A stretch of 64,000 nucleotides of DNA from an uncultured Candidatus Saccharibacteria bacterium (GTDB lineage: Bacteria > Patescibacteriota > Minisyncoccia > Phycocordibacterales > DATGWK01): contig CAYRZH010000002.1 in NCBI GenBank assembly GCA_964428845.1, positions 6,924-70,923 on the forward strand, written 5' to 3'. This document shows positions 44,118-54,138 of the stretch, piece by piece (position 1 is the stretch's first letter; each line of letters starts with the position of its first letter). Position numbers and translations under genes: made by a program. A model generated the notes under the pieces. It did no database searches, was not told the origin of the DNA, and saw only the letters and a list, made by a program, of their open reading frames with translations.

Positions 44118-45512
44118 TTACAACTTCTTAACTTTCGCAGTTTCCCCGTCTGCAGTGTCTTCCACGCTGTACCCCTTATTTGTTATTTCGTCACGAAGAG
44201 CATCAGCTGTTTCCCAATCCTTTTGGCTTCTTGCTATCTCACGCTTCTCCAGGAGTTCTTTTACTTCTTTGGGTACATTTATAGCTGTTTTCTTTGATTC
44301 TTCCCCTAATTTTAGAATCTCCAGTCCGAGTACTTTGTCCATGTCTGCTATTGTGGCTCTTTTGTCTGCATCAGTAGTTTCAGTATCTTTTAGCAACTGC
44401 CAGGCAAGGGAGACGGCTCCTGGGGTGTCAAGATCATTATTTATTATTTCTTTAAACTTTCTTGAATATGAGTCTGATACGGATCCACCGGCTGGCATTT
44501 GGCCTACATGACCTGCAAGCTTGAACAGAGCGGTCTCTGCAGCACTGATAGCTTCGAAAGAAAATGTGATGGGGGAGTGATAATGTGCCGTCAGAAGCCA
44601 ATATCTGTAAGCGAGCGGGCGAATGCCTTTGTCCTCGAGATCTTTCAATCTAATAAAATTATTTTCAGACTTGGACATTTTGCCGCTAGGAACATTTACA
44701 AACGCATTGTGAAGCCAGTATCTGACAAACTGCTTTCCCGTTGCTGCTTCTGATTGGGCAATTTCGTTGTTGTGGTGGATCGGAATATGATCGATACCAC
44801 CAGTATGAATATCAAATGTTTCTCCTAGGTATTTCATGGACATCGCCGAACACTCTATATGCCAGCCAGGGAAGCCGACCCCCCAAGGAGATGGCCATTC
44901 CTGTTGTCGCGCTTCTCCTTTCTTTGAAAATTTCCAGAGAGCGAAGTCTGTCGGGTTCCTCTTTTCTTTATTTACACCTATCCTTGCTCCTTCCTCCAAT
45001 CCTTCCAGATTTATATTTCCAAGTTTGCCGTAGTCTCGGAACTTGGACGTGTCAAAGTAAACCCCATCTGTAGTTTTGTATGTAAAATCCTTTTGTTCCA
45101 GTCTCTCTATCAAGGCTATCTGTTCCTTTATATGCTCGGTGGCATGTGGAAAGATCGTGTCTGTGATATTTATGTTGAGTTTTTTTAAATCATCAAAAAA
45201 GGCCTTTTCGTAAAATTGGCTTATTTCTTTCGCCGTTTTTCCTTCCTTCTTGGCACTTTCTTCTATCTTGTCTCTGCCTGTATCTGGATCACCCGCCGGT
45301 TCGCCAACGTCGGTAATATTCAAAACCTGTTTGACTTTGTAACCATTCAGCTCCAAGGTGCGTCTCAACACATCTGCAAATACATAGGAGCGCATATTGC
45401 CGATATGGGCATAGTTGTAAACTGTCGGGCCACAATTGTACATTGTGACAATCGTCTTATCTAAGGGTTTAAAAACCTCTTTTTTGTTTGTGAGAGTATT
45501 CCCAAGTTTCAT
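44118..45512 (-). CDS. cysS: cysteinyl-tRNA synthetase
   Basis: HIGN (HIGH-class) and KMSKS motifs; the ATG at 45512 overlaps the upstream corA-like stop by 1 nt. Confidence 0.9.
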   Translation of the reverse strand: MKLGNTLTNKKEVFKPLDKTIVTMYNCGPTVYNYAHIGNMRSYVFADVLRRTLELNGYKVKQVLNITDVGEPAGDPDTGRDKIEESAKKEGKTAKEISQFYEKAFFDDLKKLNINITDTIFPHATEHIKEQIALIERLEQKDFTYKTTDGVYFDTSKFRDYGKLGNINLEGLEEGARIGVNKEKRNPTDFALWKFSKKGEARQQEWPSPWGVGFPGWHIECSAMSMKYLGETFDIHTGGIDHIPIHHNNEIAQSEAATGKQFVRYWLHNAFVNVPSGKMSKSENNFIRLKDLEDKGIRPLAYRYWLLTAHYHSPITFSFEAISAAETALFKLAGHVGQMPAGGSVSDSYSRKFKEIINNDLDTPGAVSLAWQLLKDTETTDADKRATIADMDKVLGLEILKLGEESKKTAINVPKEVKELLEKREIARSQKDWETADALRDEITNKGYSVEDTADGETAKVKKL

Positions 45513-46429
45513 TAGAGCCACTTTTGGTGTCTGAAAAATGCAAAAAGAAAAATGCCGATAAACAGGACTGATACTGTAAGAATCCAAAAATCATTTTCCA
45601 TTCCAATGATTGGTCGAGAAACTGAATCGATCTGGAATATTCCAATGACAAGAGATATTGGTACGGCGATAAAGGCGAGGACGGTGACCACTTTGGCAAC
45701 CTCACTTTGCTCGGTATTCAATAGAGAGTTGTTTGTTTCTCGAAGTTCGGAAATTATTTCCCTTTGACTTTCGATCGTGTGTTTGAGCTTGTCATAGTCT
45801 CCGAGAATACTTCGCATATGAAATGAGAAATATTCACCGTGAGCTCTTCCACCGTGCTCGCGGAGTGAGGCCAGGATCTCTTCGTGTTGAAAGAGAGTTC
45901 GTTTAAAATCGATAAGGACACGCCCGACGAGAGACAGAGATCTAACCATTTCTTTTTCTTTGCCCTTGAAAACATTGTTTTCAATCTCACTTGTCCAACT
46001 ATCTATATACGCGAGCTCATTGAATGCTGCGTCGTAGAGTTCTCGAAGCATTCGAAGAAAAATGAAATCGGCTGGATTCGGGATCTCTTTTTTATCCAAA
46101 ACAGATTCCGTTTCAAGAATTTTACTAAAAGTATGAAGGGCGTCTATGTTGTCGAATCGTGCCGTAATAACAACATTTTTACCGATGATAAAGTCGATTT
46201 CCTGGTCACTTCGTTCGCTCGTGTGGGAATGTTTGAAGGCGGGGAAGCGTAAAACCAGATATGTAAAATGCTCGTGAAATTCTATATACGGCTTGTTGGT
46301 CGGTATCAGAAGCTCTCTTGCGACAGGTCGGTCGATTTTGTAAATATCAATCACATGATTGATATCTTCTTCTGTGGGATGATTTAGATCAAGCCAGACT
46401 GCGTCTTTGTATCGATATGTGGAGATCAT
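45512..46429 (-). CDS. CorA-family divalent cation transporter-like protein (GMEN variant of the GMN motif)
   Basis: Cytoplasmic alpha/beta domain plus two C-terminal TM helices with IGMEND between them. Confidence 0.7.
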   Translation of the reverse strand: MISTYRYKDAVWLDLNHPTEEDINHVIDIYKIDRPVARELLIPTNKPYIEFHEHFTYLVLRFPAFKHSHTSERSDQEIDFIIGKNVVITARFDNIDALHTFSKILETESVLDKKEIPNPADFIFLRMLRELYDAAFNELAYIDSWTSEIENNVFKGKEKEMVRSLSLVGRVLIDFKRTLFQHEEILASLREHGGRAHGEYFSFHMRSILGDYDKLKHTIESQREIISELRETNNSLLNTEQSEVAKVVTVLAFIAVPISLVIGIFQIDSVSRPIIGMENDFWILTVSVLFIGIFLFAFFRHQKWL

Positions 46430-46508
46430 ATTGTTTCCAAAATTATATCAAACACGGAAGTTGACTACAACAATTCGCTTTGCGATAATTGCATTAAGTA
46501 ACTAAGTC

Positions 46509-47759
46509 ATGGAAATCAAAACCAAGCGGTACACCCCCGTCATTTTTGCCCTCCTGATCGTCGGGGCGTCTTTTTTTACAGGTTTTTTTATTGGCAAGGA
46601 TAGTGCCAATGTCGTAAGCGAGATTGAAGTTCTCGAGAACAAAACGCCAACAGTAAAGCAAACAGTCGATTTCTCTCCTTTCTGGAAAGTTTGGAATATT
46701 CTTGATGATAAATTTGTTCCTGCCGTGCTTACAACTTCAACCCCCACCACTTCTCTTGGTATTAGTAATGTAGAAGAAAGAGTTTGGGGGGCAATAGAAG
46801 GAATGGTTCGGTCTTTCGGTGATCCATACACCACATTTTTTCCACCGGTTGAATCTGAAATTTTCGAAAGTGATATTAGCGGAAATTTTGAGGGTGTAGG
46901 TATGGAAATAGGTGTTCGAGATGAAGTCTTGACCGTAGTCGCACCGCTTAAAGGAACGCCAGCTTATAGAGCCGGAATAAAAACTGGAGATAAAATAATC
47001 AGGATTAACGATACTACTACAGAAGGACTAAGTGTCGACGAAGCAGTAAAGACGATTCGTGGCAAAGGTGGAACCAAGGTTACCTTCACGATTATCCGAA
47101 ATGGCGAAAAGGAACCTTTGGTCATCGCGGTTACCCGTGGAGTAATAGACATTCCAACTATCGAATCGACCTTGAGACCAGATGGGATATTCCTAATCCG
47201 GCTTTTCAACTTTTCGGCCACATCACCAAATCTGTTTAGAAACTCTATCCGCAAATTTGTTTCATCTGGATCGAACAAATTAATCCTCGATCTCCGCGGT
47301 AACCCTGGGGGTTATCTTGAAGCAGCGATAGATATGGCGAGCTGGTTTTTGCCGACTGGGGCGGTAGTTGTGAAGGAAGATTTCAAGGAGAGTTCAGAGC
47401 TCGTTGTGCATAGAAGTAAAGGTTACGATATTTTCAACAAGAACCTTAAGGTGGTAGTTCTTATCGATGGCGGATCCGCTTCTGCTTCAGAAATCCTCGC
47501 GGGAGCTCTTCAAGAAAATGGAGTTGCCAAGCTTGTAGGAACCAGGTCGTTTGGCAAAGGATCGGTGCAGGAGTTAGTAAAAATAACCCCGGATACTTCT
47601 CTTAAGGTTACTATCGCTAGATGGCTTACTCCACAGAATCATTCTATCTCCGCAGGAGGACTCACTCCAGATTTCGAAGTTAAACTAAATGAAAAAGATT
47701 TTGCTAAAGGGATCGATGCCCAGATAAACAAGGCAGTTGAATTACTTCTACAAAAATGA
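46509..47759 (+). CDS. carboxyl-terminal processing protease (S41 family) with PDZ domain
   Basis: PDZ segment, and RGNPGG and GSASASEILAGAL S41 motifs. Confidence 0.85.
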   Translation: MEIKTKRYTPVIFALLIVGASFFTGFFIGKDSANVVSEIEVLENKTPTVKQTVDFSPFWKVWNILDDKFVPAVLTTSTPTTSLGISNVEERVWGAIEGMVRSFGDPYTTFFPPVESEIFESDISGNFEGVGMEIGVRDEVLTVVAPLKGTPAYRAGIKTGDKIIRINDTTTEGLSVDEAVKTIRGKGGTKVTFTIIRNGEKEPLVIAVTRGVIDIPTIESTLRPDGIFLIRLFNFSATSPNLFRNSIRKFVSSGSNKLILDLRGNPGGYLEAAIDMASWFLPTGAVVVKEDFKESSELVVHRSKGYDIFNKNLKVVVLIDGGSASASEILAGALQENGVAKLVGTRSFGKGSVQELVKITPDTSLKVTIARWLTPQNHSISAGGLTPDFEVKLNEKDFAKGIDAQINKAVELLLQK

Positions 47760-47774
47760 TAGAAATAAGCCTCT

Positions 47775-48218
47775 ATGAAAATAATTTTAAACAAAGATGT
47801 TTCGGGCGTTGGCAAAAAATATAGCGTTAAAAATGTGTCAGATGGTTACGCCTTAAACTTTCTTATCCCGAACGGCTTTGCTGTGGTTGCTACTGCGGCC
47901 CTAATAAAGCAGAGTGAAACACTTAAGGCGGCCGAGGAGGAAGGAAAGAAAGTAAAAGAGGATCTCTTGGCCAAAAATCTGAAAGCGGTAGAGGCTATTG
48001 AAGTTACGATCGCAGAGAAAGCAAACGACAAAGGTCATTTATTTTCGGGAATTCACAAGGAGAAAATCTCAGAGGAAATTAAGAAACAAACAGGTCTTGA
48101 TATCAGTCCAGAGTTTATGTCCCTCGACAAACCACTAAAAGAAATAGGGGATCACAAGATTCAAGTTTCAGTTTCTGGAAAAGTTGCTAGCTTTGTAGTT
48201 CACGTCGTAGCCCTCTAA
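47775..48218 (+). CDS. rplI: 50S ribosomal protein L9
   Basis: MKIILNKDVSGVGKKYSVKNVSDGYALNFLIP is the L9 N-domain. Confidence 0.85.
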   Translation: MKIILNKDVSGVGKKYSVKNVSDGYALNFLIPNGFAVVATAALIKQSETLKAAEEEGKKVKEDLLAKNLKAVEAIEVTIAEKANDKGHLFSGIHKEKISEEIKKQTGLDISPEFMSLDKPLKEIGDHKIQVSVSGKVASFVVHVVAL

Positions 48219-48229
48219 GAGAAAACCAA

Positions 48230-48502
48230 CTAGGAAACGCTCACTATCTTCTTACTCTTCTTTACTCCGTCGAGATGAGTCTTTCTTTTGTAATCGTAGG
48301 CCACAAAACCTTCCTTAAGAGCATATAGAGTGTGGTCCTTGCCCATAGCCACATTTCTTCCAGGTATTACATCAGTACCTCTTTGGCGTACCAAAATAGC
48401 ACCGGCTGACGCCTTTTCTCCGGAGTTTACTTTTATGCCGAGATACTTTGGATTCGAATCTCGACCATTTTTTGTTGAACCGCCTGCTTTTTTGGTTGCC
48501 AT
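48230..48502 (-). CDS. rpmA: 50S ribosomal protein L27
   Basis: [24 protein letters not shown] is the L27 signature. Confidence 0.9.
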   Translation of the reverse strand: MATKKAGGSTKNGRDSNPKYLGIKVNSGEKASAGAILVRQRGTDVIPGRNVAMGKDHTLYALKEGFVAYDYKRKTHLDGVKKSKKIVSVS

Positions 48503-48535
48503 ATTGGTCTATTTGGTAATATAATTGCGTTCAAA

Positions 48536-48916
48536 ATGAGTATATCCTACGACAGGAAAAAAATCAATAAAATCCTACTTTTGCTAGTTATTTTTGTTCT
48601 CGCCCCGCTTCTTTCATTTGGAATCATAGAGGTTGCCACTGCTGTGAGGGAAAAGAACCCAATTATTGTCTTCCTCCCAGAAAGGACCATCGAAAGCACA
48701 ACAAAAGATAAGAAAAGTGATAAAACAGAAGTTTCAGAAGGTTTGGCTGCGGTAGTTGCCTCAAAGAAGGGTGACAAGTATCATTTACTAGATTGTCCTG
48801 GGGCAAAGACGATTTTACCGGAGAATAAAATATTTTTTACAAGTACTGCTGAAGCCGAAAAAGCCGGATACAGCCGGGCGAAAAATTGTAAGGGTTTAAA
48901 TACAGAACCAAAATGA
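48536..48916 (+). CDS. hypothetical membrane-anchored protein with an Ada-like metal-binding C-terminal domain
   Basis: TM helix, then YHLLDCPGAKTILPENKIFFTSTAEAEKAGYSRAKNC, which resembles the Ada Zn-binding pattern. Confidence 0.4.
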   Translation: MSISYDRKKINKILLLLVIFVLAPLLSFGIIEVATAVREKNPIIVFLPERTIESTTKDKKSDKTEVSEGLAAVVASKKGDKYHLLDCPGAKTILPENKIFFTSTAEAEKAGYSRAKNCKGLNTEPK

Positions 48917-49500
48917 TCATTCTCGACGTTGAGACAACAGGGGCGAACCCCCATACCCATTCTCTAGTGAGTATTGGGGCGATCGACTTTGAAAATCCGG
49001 AAGAAAAATTTTATGAAGAATGTCGAATTTGGGATGGAGCTCACATTGAACCAGAGGCTCTCGCTGTAAATGGATATACTGAAGCAGAAATAAGAGACCC
49101 ATCCAAGAAGCGGGATGGGGAAATTCTCACCCTGTTTCTCGATTGGATTCTTGGCCGAGCGGATAATCTGATAGGTGGGCAAAATCCCTTTTTTGATACT
49201 GGTTTCCTCGAGGCTACGGCGGCAAGAGAACATATCAATTTTCCGATTGCTCGTCGCATAATTGATCTTCACTCGATCTGCTACTTCCATATGACAAAAA
49301 GAAACATCAAACCTCCATCAAAAAACAAGAAATCAGATCTTAATTCAGACGCCATTATGACTTATGTTGGTATAGGTCCTGAACCTAAACCTCATGTCGC
49401 CATCAATGGCGCCATCTGGGAAGCAGAAGCTTTTTCTAGACTTTTCTATGATAGGGCACTCTTTAAGCAATTCGAACACCACAAAATCCCCTGGAATTAG
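48913..49500 (+). CDS. DEDD-family 3'-5' exonuclease (DnaQ-like), stand-alone
   Basis: Exo I motif ILDVETTG, and Exo II/III regions. Confidence 0.7.
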   Translation: MIILDVETTGANPHTHSLVSIGAIDFENPEEKFYEECRIWDGAHIEPEALAVNGYTEAEIRDPSKKRDGEILTLFLDWILGRADNLIGGQNPFFDTGFLEATAAREHINFPIARRIIDLHSICYFHMTKRNIKPPSKNKKSDLNSDAIMTYVGIGPEPKPHVAINGAIWEAEAFSRLFYDRALFKQFEHHKIPWN

Positions 49501-49584
49501 CCTAAAAGACTTAAAATTGACTTGATTTGGCTAAACATATAGCATACGACTGCAACTTCCTGGAGACAGGTTTTTGTCTCTCGA

Positions 49585-50865
49585 ATGAACCAAGCTACCC
49601 GAGAAAGGATATCTAACCTCAAAATCTCCCTAAAATTGGGCTTTTTCCTGGCGCTTAGACAGATACGTCGAAGTAGCGCCTGGACGACAATCCTGATTAT
49701 TTTTGTGATGACCCTGACCTTCCTAAATCTTGTCGTGGTAAGTGGGATTCTTGTGGGCCTTATAGAAGGGTCAGTTGAGACTGTCCGTGCGCACTATACA
49801 AGTGACATTATCATTTCGGTTTTGAAGGAAAAGACGTATATCGAAAATAGCCCAAGGATCATTGAAATTGCCAAGAATTTGCCATGGACTGAAGCGGTCA
49901 CCGGAAGATATATGGAGGGTGGTGTGATTGAGGCAAAATACAAGGAACGCATAAAAGAAAATGATCTTATCGACAGTGTCGGTACTCTGATCACGGGAAT
50001 AAATCCTGAAGATGAAGATGCAGTGACGAAGCTCTCTGAACTTGTTGGTGAGGGGTCATATCTACTTTCTACCGATTATGATCAGGTTCTCCTGGGTTAT
50101 CAACTTCTGAAAAAATACTTGCCGATTGAGTCACCTGGCTTCACTACTCTTAGCGATGTTGAGGTGGGGGACAAGGTGAGAATAATTGTAAATGACAACA
50201 TCCGTGAAGTAACAGTGAAAGGGATTATCAAAGGAAAAGTTGATGAAGTTGGGCGCAGAGTATTTTTCGTTGATAGCCAATTACGTAACCTACTTGGGCG
50301 CAATGATTATGCTGTTGATGAAATTTCCATAAAGCTTAAGCCTGGAGCTGATGTAGAGGTCGCCAAGGAGGCTCTTATTGCGAGTGGAGTGGATAAGTTT
50401 GCGAAAGTTCAAACATATGAAGATGCCCAACCTAAGTTTCTCAAAGATATAAAAGATACTTTTGCCCTACTTGGCAATCTCATAAGTTCGATCGGCCTTG
50501 TGGTGGCTTCGATTACGATTTTTATTGTTATCTTCATAAATGCCATTACCCGCAGAAAGTCTATCGGCATCCTGAAGGGGGTTGGTATTCATTCTGTCGC
50601 TATCGAGTTTGCATATATAATTCAGTCATTGTTCTATGCCGTAGCCGGCACTGCTATCGGTATTATAGTCATCTTTCTTTTCCTCAAACCATTTATCGCT
50701 GCTCACCCGATAAATTTCCCATTTAGCGATGGGATACTCGTAGCAACCGTTCCTGGAGTGCTTATCCGTGCCCTGATTCTTTTTATCGCGACACTCATTG
50801 CTGGTTATATCCCAGCGAAAATAGTCGTAAAGCAGAATACTCTTGATGCCATCTTGGGCAGATAA
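49585..50865 (+). CDS. ABC transporter permease, FtsX/MacB/DevC-like
   Basis: Four TM helices with a large extracytoplasmic domain between TM1 and TM2. Confidence 0.8.
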   Translation: MNQATRERISNLKISLKLGFFLALRQIRRSSAWTTILIIFVMTLTFLNLVVVSGILVGLIEGSVETVRAHYTSDIIISVLKEKTYIENSPRIIEIAKNLPWTEAVTGRYMEGGVIEAKYKERIKENDLIDSVGTLITGINPEDEDAVTKLSELVGEGSYLLSTDYDQVLLGYQLLKKYLPIESPGFTTLSDVEVGDKVRIIVNDNIREVTVKGIIKGKVDEVGRRVFFVDSQLRNLLGRNDYAVDEISIKLKPGADVEVAKEALIASGVDKFAKVQTYEDAQPKFLKDIKDTFALLGNLISSIGLVVASITIFIVIFINAITRRKSIGILKGVGIHSVAIEFAYIIQSLFYAVAGTAIGIIVIFLFLKPFIAAHPINFPFSDGILVATVPGVLIRALILFIATLIAGYIPAKIVVKQNTLDAILGR

Positions 50866-50868
50866 AAT

Positions 50869-51561
50869 ATGATAGAAGTAAAAAAACTTAGAAAATCATT
50901 TGGTAGTGGAGACGGCGAGCTTGTCGTCCTAAAGGACTTGTCCTTTTCTGTGAAAAAAGGCGAGTTTATTTCGGTCACCGGAAGGTCTGGTTCTGGAAAA
51001 AGTACCCTTTTGTATCAACTCGGTCTTCTTGATATACCAAATTCGGGAGACATTTCGATCGACGGGGTCGATGTCAGAGCTCTCAAAAGTGCGTCACGTA
51101 CCCAATTTCGACTAGAAAAGCTCGGATATGTTTTTCAAGATTATGCGCTTATCACCGAACTCACCGCTATAGAGAATGTGATGGTTACGCTACTTATGCA
51201 GGGAATGACCAGAAAAGAAGCTAGGGAAAAGGCAAAGAAAGTACTATCTAAAGTGGGGTTAGCCGACAAGCTCGACAATCTACCAAGTCAACTTTCGGGA
51301 GGTCAGCAACAAAGAGTTAGCATCGCCCGTGCCATAGGGCATGATCCCAAAATTATTTTCGCCGATGAGCCTACAGCAAATCTAGACAGTGAAACCGCGG
51401 CCATGGTGCTCAAAACTCTCTTGGAGTTGAATAAAGAAGGACAAACCATTATTATGGTCACGCACGAGGAAGAGTATGCCAATCTAACCGACCGAATTGT
51501 TACTCTTTCAGACGGAATAATCGTTTCGGATATTGTAAACAAAAATAAAAATGTTAAATAA
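50869..51561 (+). CDS. ABC transporter ATP-binding protein (MacB/LolD/DevA-like)
   Basis: Walker A GRSGSGKST, signature LSGGQQQR, Walker B IIFADEPT. Confidence 0.9.
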   Translation: MIEVKKLRKSFGSGDGELVVLKDLSFSVKKGEFISVTGRSGSGKSTLLYQLGLLDIPNSGDISIDGVDVRALKSASRTQFRLEKLGYVFQDYALITELTAIENVMVTLLMQGMTRKEAREKAKKVLSKVGLADKLDNLPSQLSGGQQQRVSIARAIGHDPKIIFADEPTANLDSETAAMVLKTLLELNKEGQTIIMVTHEEEYANLTDRIVTLSDGIIVSDIVNKNKNVK

Positions 51562-53065
51562 AATCAATACAAAACTGAAAAGTGGAGTAGCGAAAAGTTT
51601 CGGCTTTATTAAGGCCCATTATATCCTCTCAAGCATTGTGGCCCTCGCGATAATCATACCCGTTGCGGTGTCACTCGGTAGGGGAGATGGAAGGGAATTT
51701 GTTGTGGTGAAACAAGGGACGATCGTCGAAACGGTTCGAGCTTCCGGTAAAATAAAGCCAGCAGAGGACGCTAATCTTGGCTTCAATAGGGGAGGTAGAG
51801 TGCTTGCGGTCAACGTCAAAGCAGGGGACACCGTCAAGGCGGGGCAAATCTTGGTTGCACTAGACAACAGCGAACTACTTGCCAACCTAAAAAAGGCACG
51901 TGCTGAACTTTCTCTCCAGGATATTACTGGCTCAAACGCTGAAGTGACTCTTGCAGATGCCGAAAACAATCTTATAGCAAAAATAAATGACGCATACACA
52001 AAATCCGATGACGCTGTAAGAAATTACTCTGACCAGTTCTTTGGGGGAACTCCACCGTCACTTTCGTTCAAGAGGTCGTTTGTTGAGGGCGGTGCCACCA
52101 TCTTTCTAAACATTGATCCCAAAGCGGAACTTTCAGTCGTAGGAAAGCGAACAGCAATAAGCAAAATGCTCCCGGAGTGGTTTTCTATGTTGACAAACTT
52201 AAAGAGAGGCAGTGACTATGAAGTATATATCACAGGGGCAAAGCGCAATCTGGAAACGATAAGGGTGTTTCTGGACGAATTATCTGTTGCTATAAACAAT
52301 CTTACCGTTCCGAGCTTCGAGTACAATTCAATTTTTGCCGGATTTAGGAATGATATCTCGAGCGCCAGGACAAACGTCAATACAGCCATAACAAACCTCA
52401 TCGCTGCAGAAGAAAAATATAATTCGGCGAAGCTCGATGCCAGTGCCAGCGCAGGCAATATGTCTACGCAACAAGCTCGAGTTCTTGCAAATGAGGCAAA
52501 CGTTCAGAGTATCGAAGCAGAACTTACTCAAATGATAATCAGAGCGCCTTTCGAAGGTACTATCACGAAAGTAGATTTGAGTGTCGGAGAGATAGCGAAG
52601 GCTGGCGAGAGCGCCATTTCTCTCATTTCGAGCAATAAGATAGAGATCGAATCAAACGTCTCTGAAGTAAATATTGGAAAAATCAAAGCCTCAAATCCGG
52701 TTAGAATAACCCTGGATGCTTTCGAGGGTAGGGAATTTTCTGGATTTGTCCGTCACGTCGAACCCGCCGAGACTATTGTGGATAATGTTGTGACATACAA
52801 AGTAGTGGTTGATTTTAAGGAAGGTCATAGTGATTTAAAAAGTGGTCTCACTGCCAATCTAGATATTGAGACATTTCGCAAGGACGATACTTTGATCGTG
52901 CCCCAGTTTGCTATTTTAAGTGAAGGCGGCAAGACTTATGTCAGTAAGCTTGATGGTGGTAAGATAGTTAAAACCGAGGTAGAAACCGGTGCTAGAGGTA
53001 GTGATGGTATGATTGAAATTGTTTCTGGATTAAGGGCGGGGGATGAAATAGAAATAAATAAGTAA
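51551..53065 (+). CDS. HlyD/membrane-fusion (periplasmic adaptor) family protein
   Basis: N-terminal TM helix, biotinyl-lipoyl-like and beta-barrel MFP segments (IIRAPFEGTITKVDLSVGE). Confidence 0.75.
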   Translation: MLNKINTKLKSGVAKSFGFIKAHYILSSIVALAIIIPVAVSLGRGDGREFVVVKQGTIVETVRASGKIKPAEDANLGFNRGGRVLAVNVKAGDTVKAGQILVALDNSELLANLKKARAELSLQDITGSNAEVTLADAENNLIAKINDAYTKSDDAVRNYSDQFFGGTPPSLSFKRSFVEGGATIFLNIDPKAELSVVGKRTAISKMLPEWFSMLTNLKRGSDYEVYITGAKRNLETIRVFLDELSVAINNLTVPSFEYNSIFAGFRNDISSARTNVNTAITNLIAAEEKYNSAKLDASASAGNMSTQQARVLANEANVQSIEAELTQMIIRAPFEGTITKVDLSVGEIAKAGESAISLISSNKIEIESNVSEVNIGKIKASNPVRITLDAFEGREFSGFVRHVEPAETIVDNVVTYKVVVDFKEGHSDLKSGLTANLDIETFRKDDTLIVPQFAILSEGGKTYVSKLDGGKIVKTEVETGARGSDGMIEIVSGLRAGDEIEINK

Positions 53066-53081
53066 AAAACAAGAAAACAAA

Positions 53082-53990
53082 GTGAGCGGCTATTCGGTTA
53101 TTCTTTTTTACAAATACGTAAATCTTCCTGATCCTCTCAAAGTAAAAGAGGAACAGCTTTTGCTCTGCACCAAGTTAAATCTTAAAGGGCGCATTATCCT
53201 TGCAGAGGAGGGGATCAACGCCACACTTGAGGGAACCAATGAAAATATTAAGGAATATTGCGATTGCCTCCTCGCCAATGACCTCTTCCGAGATATTCAT
53301 ATAAAAAGAAGTTCGAGTTCGGGCACCTCCTTACCTAGACTTATTGTCAAAGTGAGACCAGAGATTGTAGCATCGAAGCTTTCCAAAGAGATTGACCCAA
53401 CCAAAGCTACAGGGAAATATCTACCACCTGAAACACTTAAGGCTTGGATAGATGACGGCAAGGATTTTCAGATCGTTGATATGCGCAACGACTACGAATT
53501 CAAATCCGGCCATTTTGCAGGATCCATTCCATCAGGTATGAAAAACTTTAGAGATATCAAAGATGTGCCCCAAAAACTCTCCGATCTCAAGGAGAAAACT
53601 ATAGTTGCGGTTTGTACCGGGGGTATCCGATGTGAAAAGGCCAGTGCCAACCTTCTAGCGGCTGGGTGGAAACATGTCTACCAGTTAGAAGGTGGAATCG
53701 TTACTTATATGGAGAAATATCCTAGCCATGCATTTAAGGGAACTTTGTATGTTTTTGATAACCGTATAACAATGGATTTTGATGATCCAGATAAGCATAT
53801 CGTAGTAGGAAAGTGTGAAAAGTGTCTAAAATCATCAGAAAATTACATAAATTGTGCTAATGATAACTGCCATATTCACTTTATATGCTGTAAAGGGTGT
53901 CTCGATGCCTCGGGTAGGGGATTTTGTTCCAGTTTGTGTGAGAAAGCCTATGAATCCCAAAGCCTCGAAATTGCAGGAAAAGCCATATAA
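53082..53990 (+). CDS. trhO: rhodanese-domain tRNA U34 hydroxylase TrhO (UPF0176/YceA family)
   Basis: YceA N-domain (ILFYKYVNLPDP..GRIILAEEGINATLEG) and a rhodanese active-site CTGGIRCEKAS. Confidence 0.8.
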   Translation: MSGYSVILFYKYVNLPDPLKVKEEQLLLCTKLNLKGRIILAEEGINATLEGTNENIKEYCDCLLANDLFRDIHIKRSSSSGTSLPRLIVKVRPEIVASKLSKEIDPTKATGKYLPPETLKAWIDDGKDFQIVDMRNDYEFKSGHFAGSIPSGMKNFRDIKDVPQKLSDLKEKTIVAVCTGGIRCEKASANLLAAGWKHVYQLEGGIVTYMEKYPSHAFKGTLYVFDNRITMDFDDPDKHIVVGKCEKCLKSSENYINCANDNCHIHFICCKGCLDASGRGFCSSLCEKAYESQSLEIAGKAI

Positions 53991-54018
53991 TTAGCCATTT
54001 TTATACCATAGAAACGAG

Positions 54019-54056
54019 CGTTTGTCATTGACAAACGTTTCTCAATATGCTACTAT
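54019..54056 (+). promoter_or_regulatory. promoter with an embedded palindromic operator CGTTTGTCA-T-TGACAAACG overlapping the -35 box
   Basis: The 19-bp near-perfect palindrome lies at 54019-54037; TTGACA (54028-33), a 17-nt spacer, then TACTAT (54051-56). Confidence 0.45.
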
Positions 54057-54063
54057 ATTGTGG

Positions 54064-54087
54064 ACTCAGTTGCGACTGAGTTTTTTG
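54064..54087 (+). terminator. hairpin plus U-run (trhO terminator or attenuator in the leader of the following gene)
   Basis: ACTCAG ttgcga CTGAGT followed by TTTTTT. Confidence 0.5.
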
Positions 54088-54138
54088 TTTTCTTGATCAT
54101 TATTTGATCGATTCCAATCTAAAATCTAATCCAAAACT

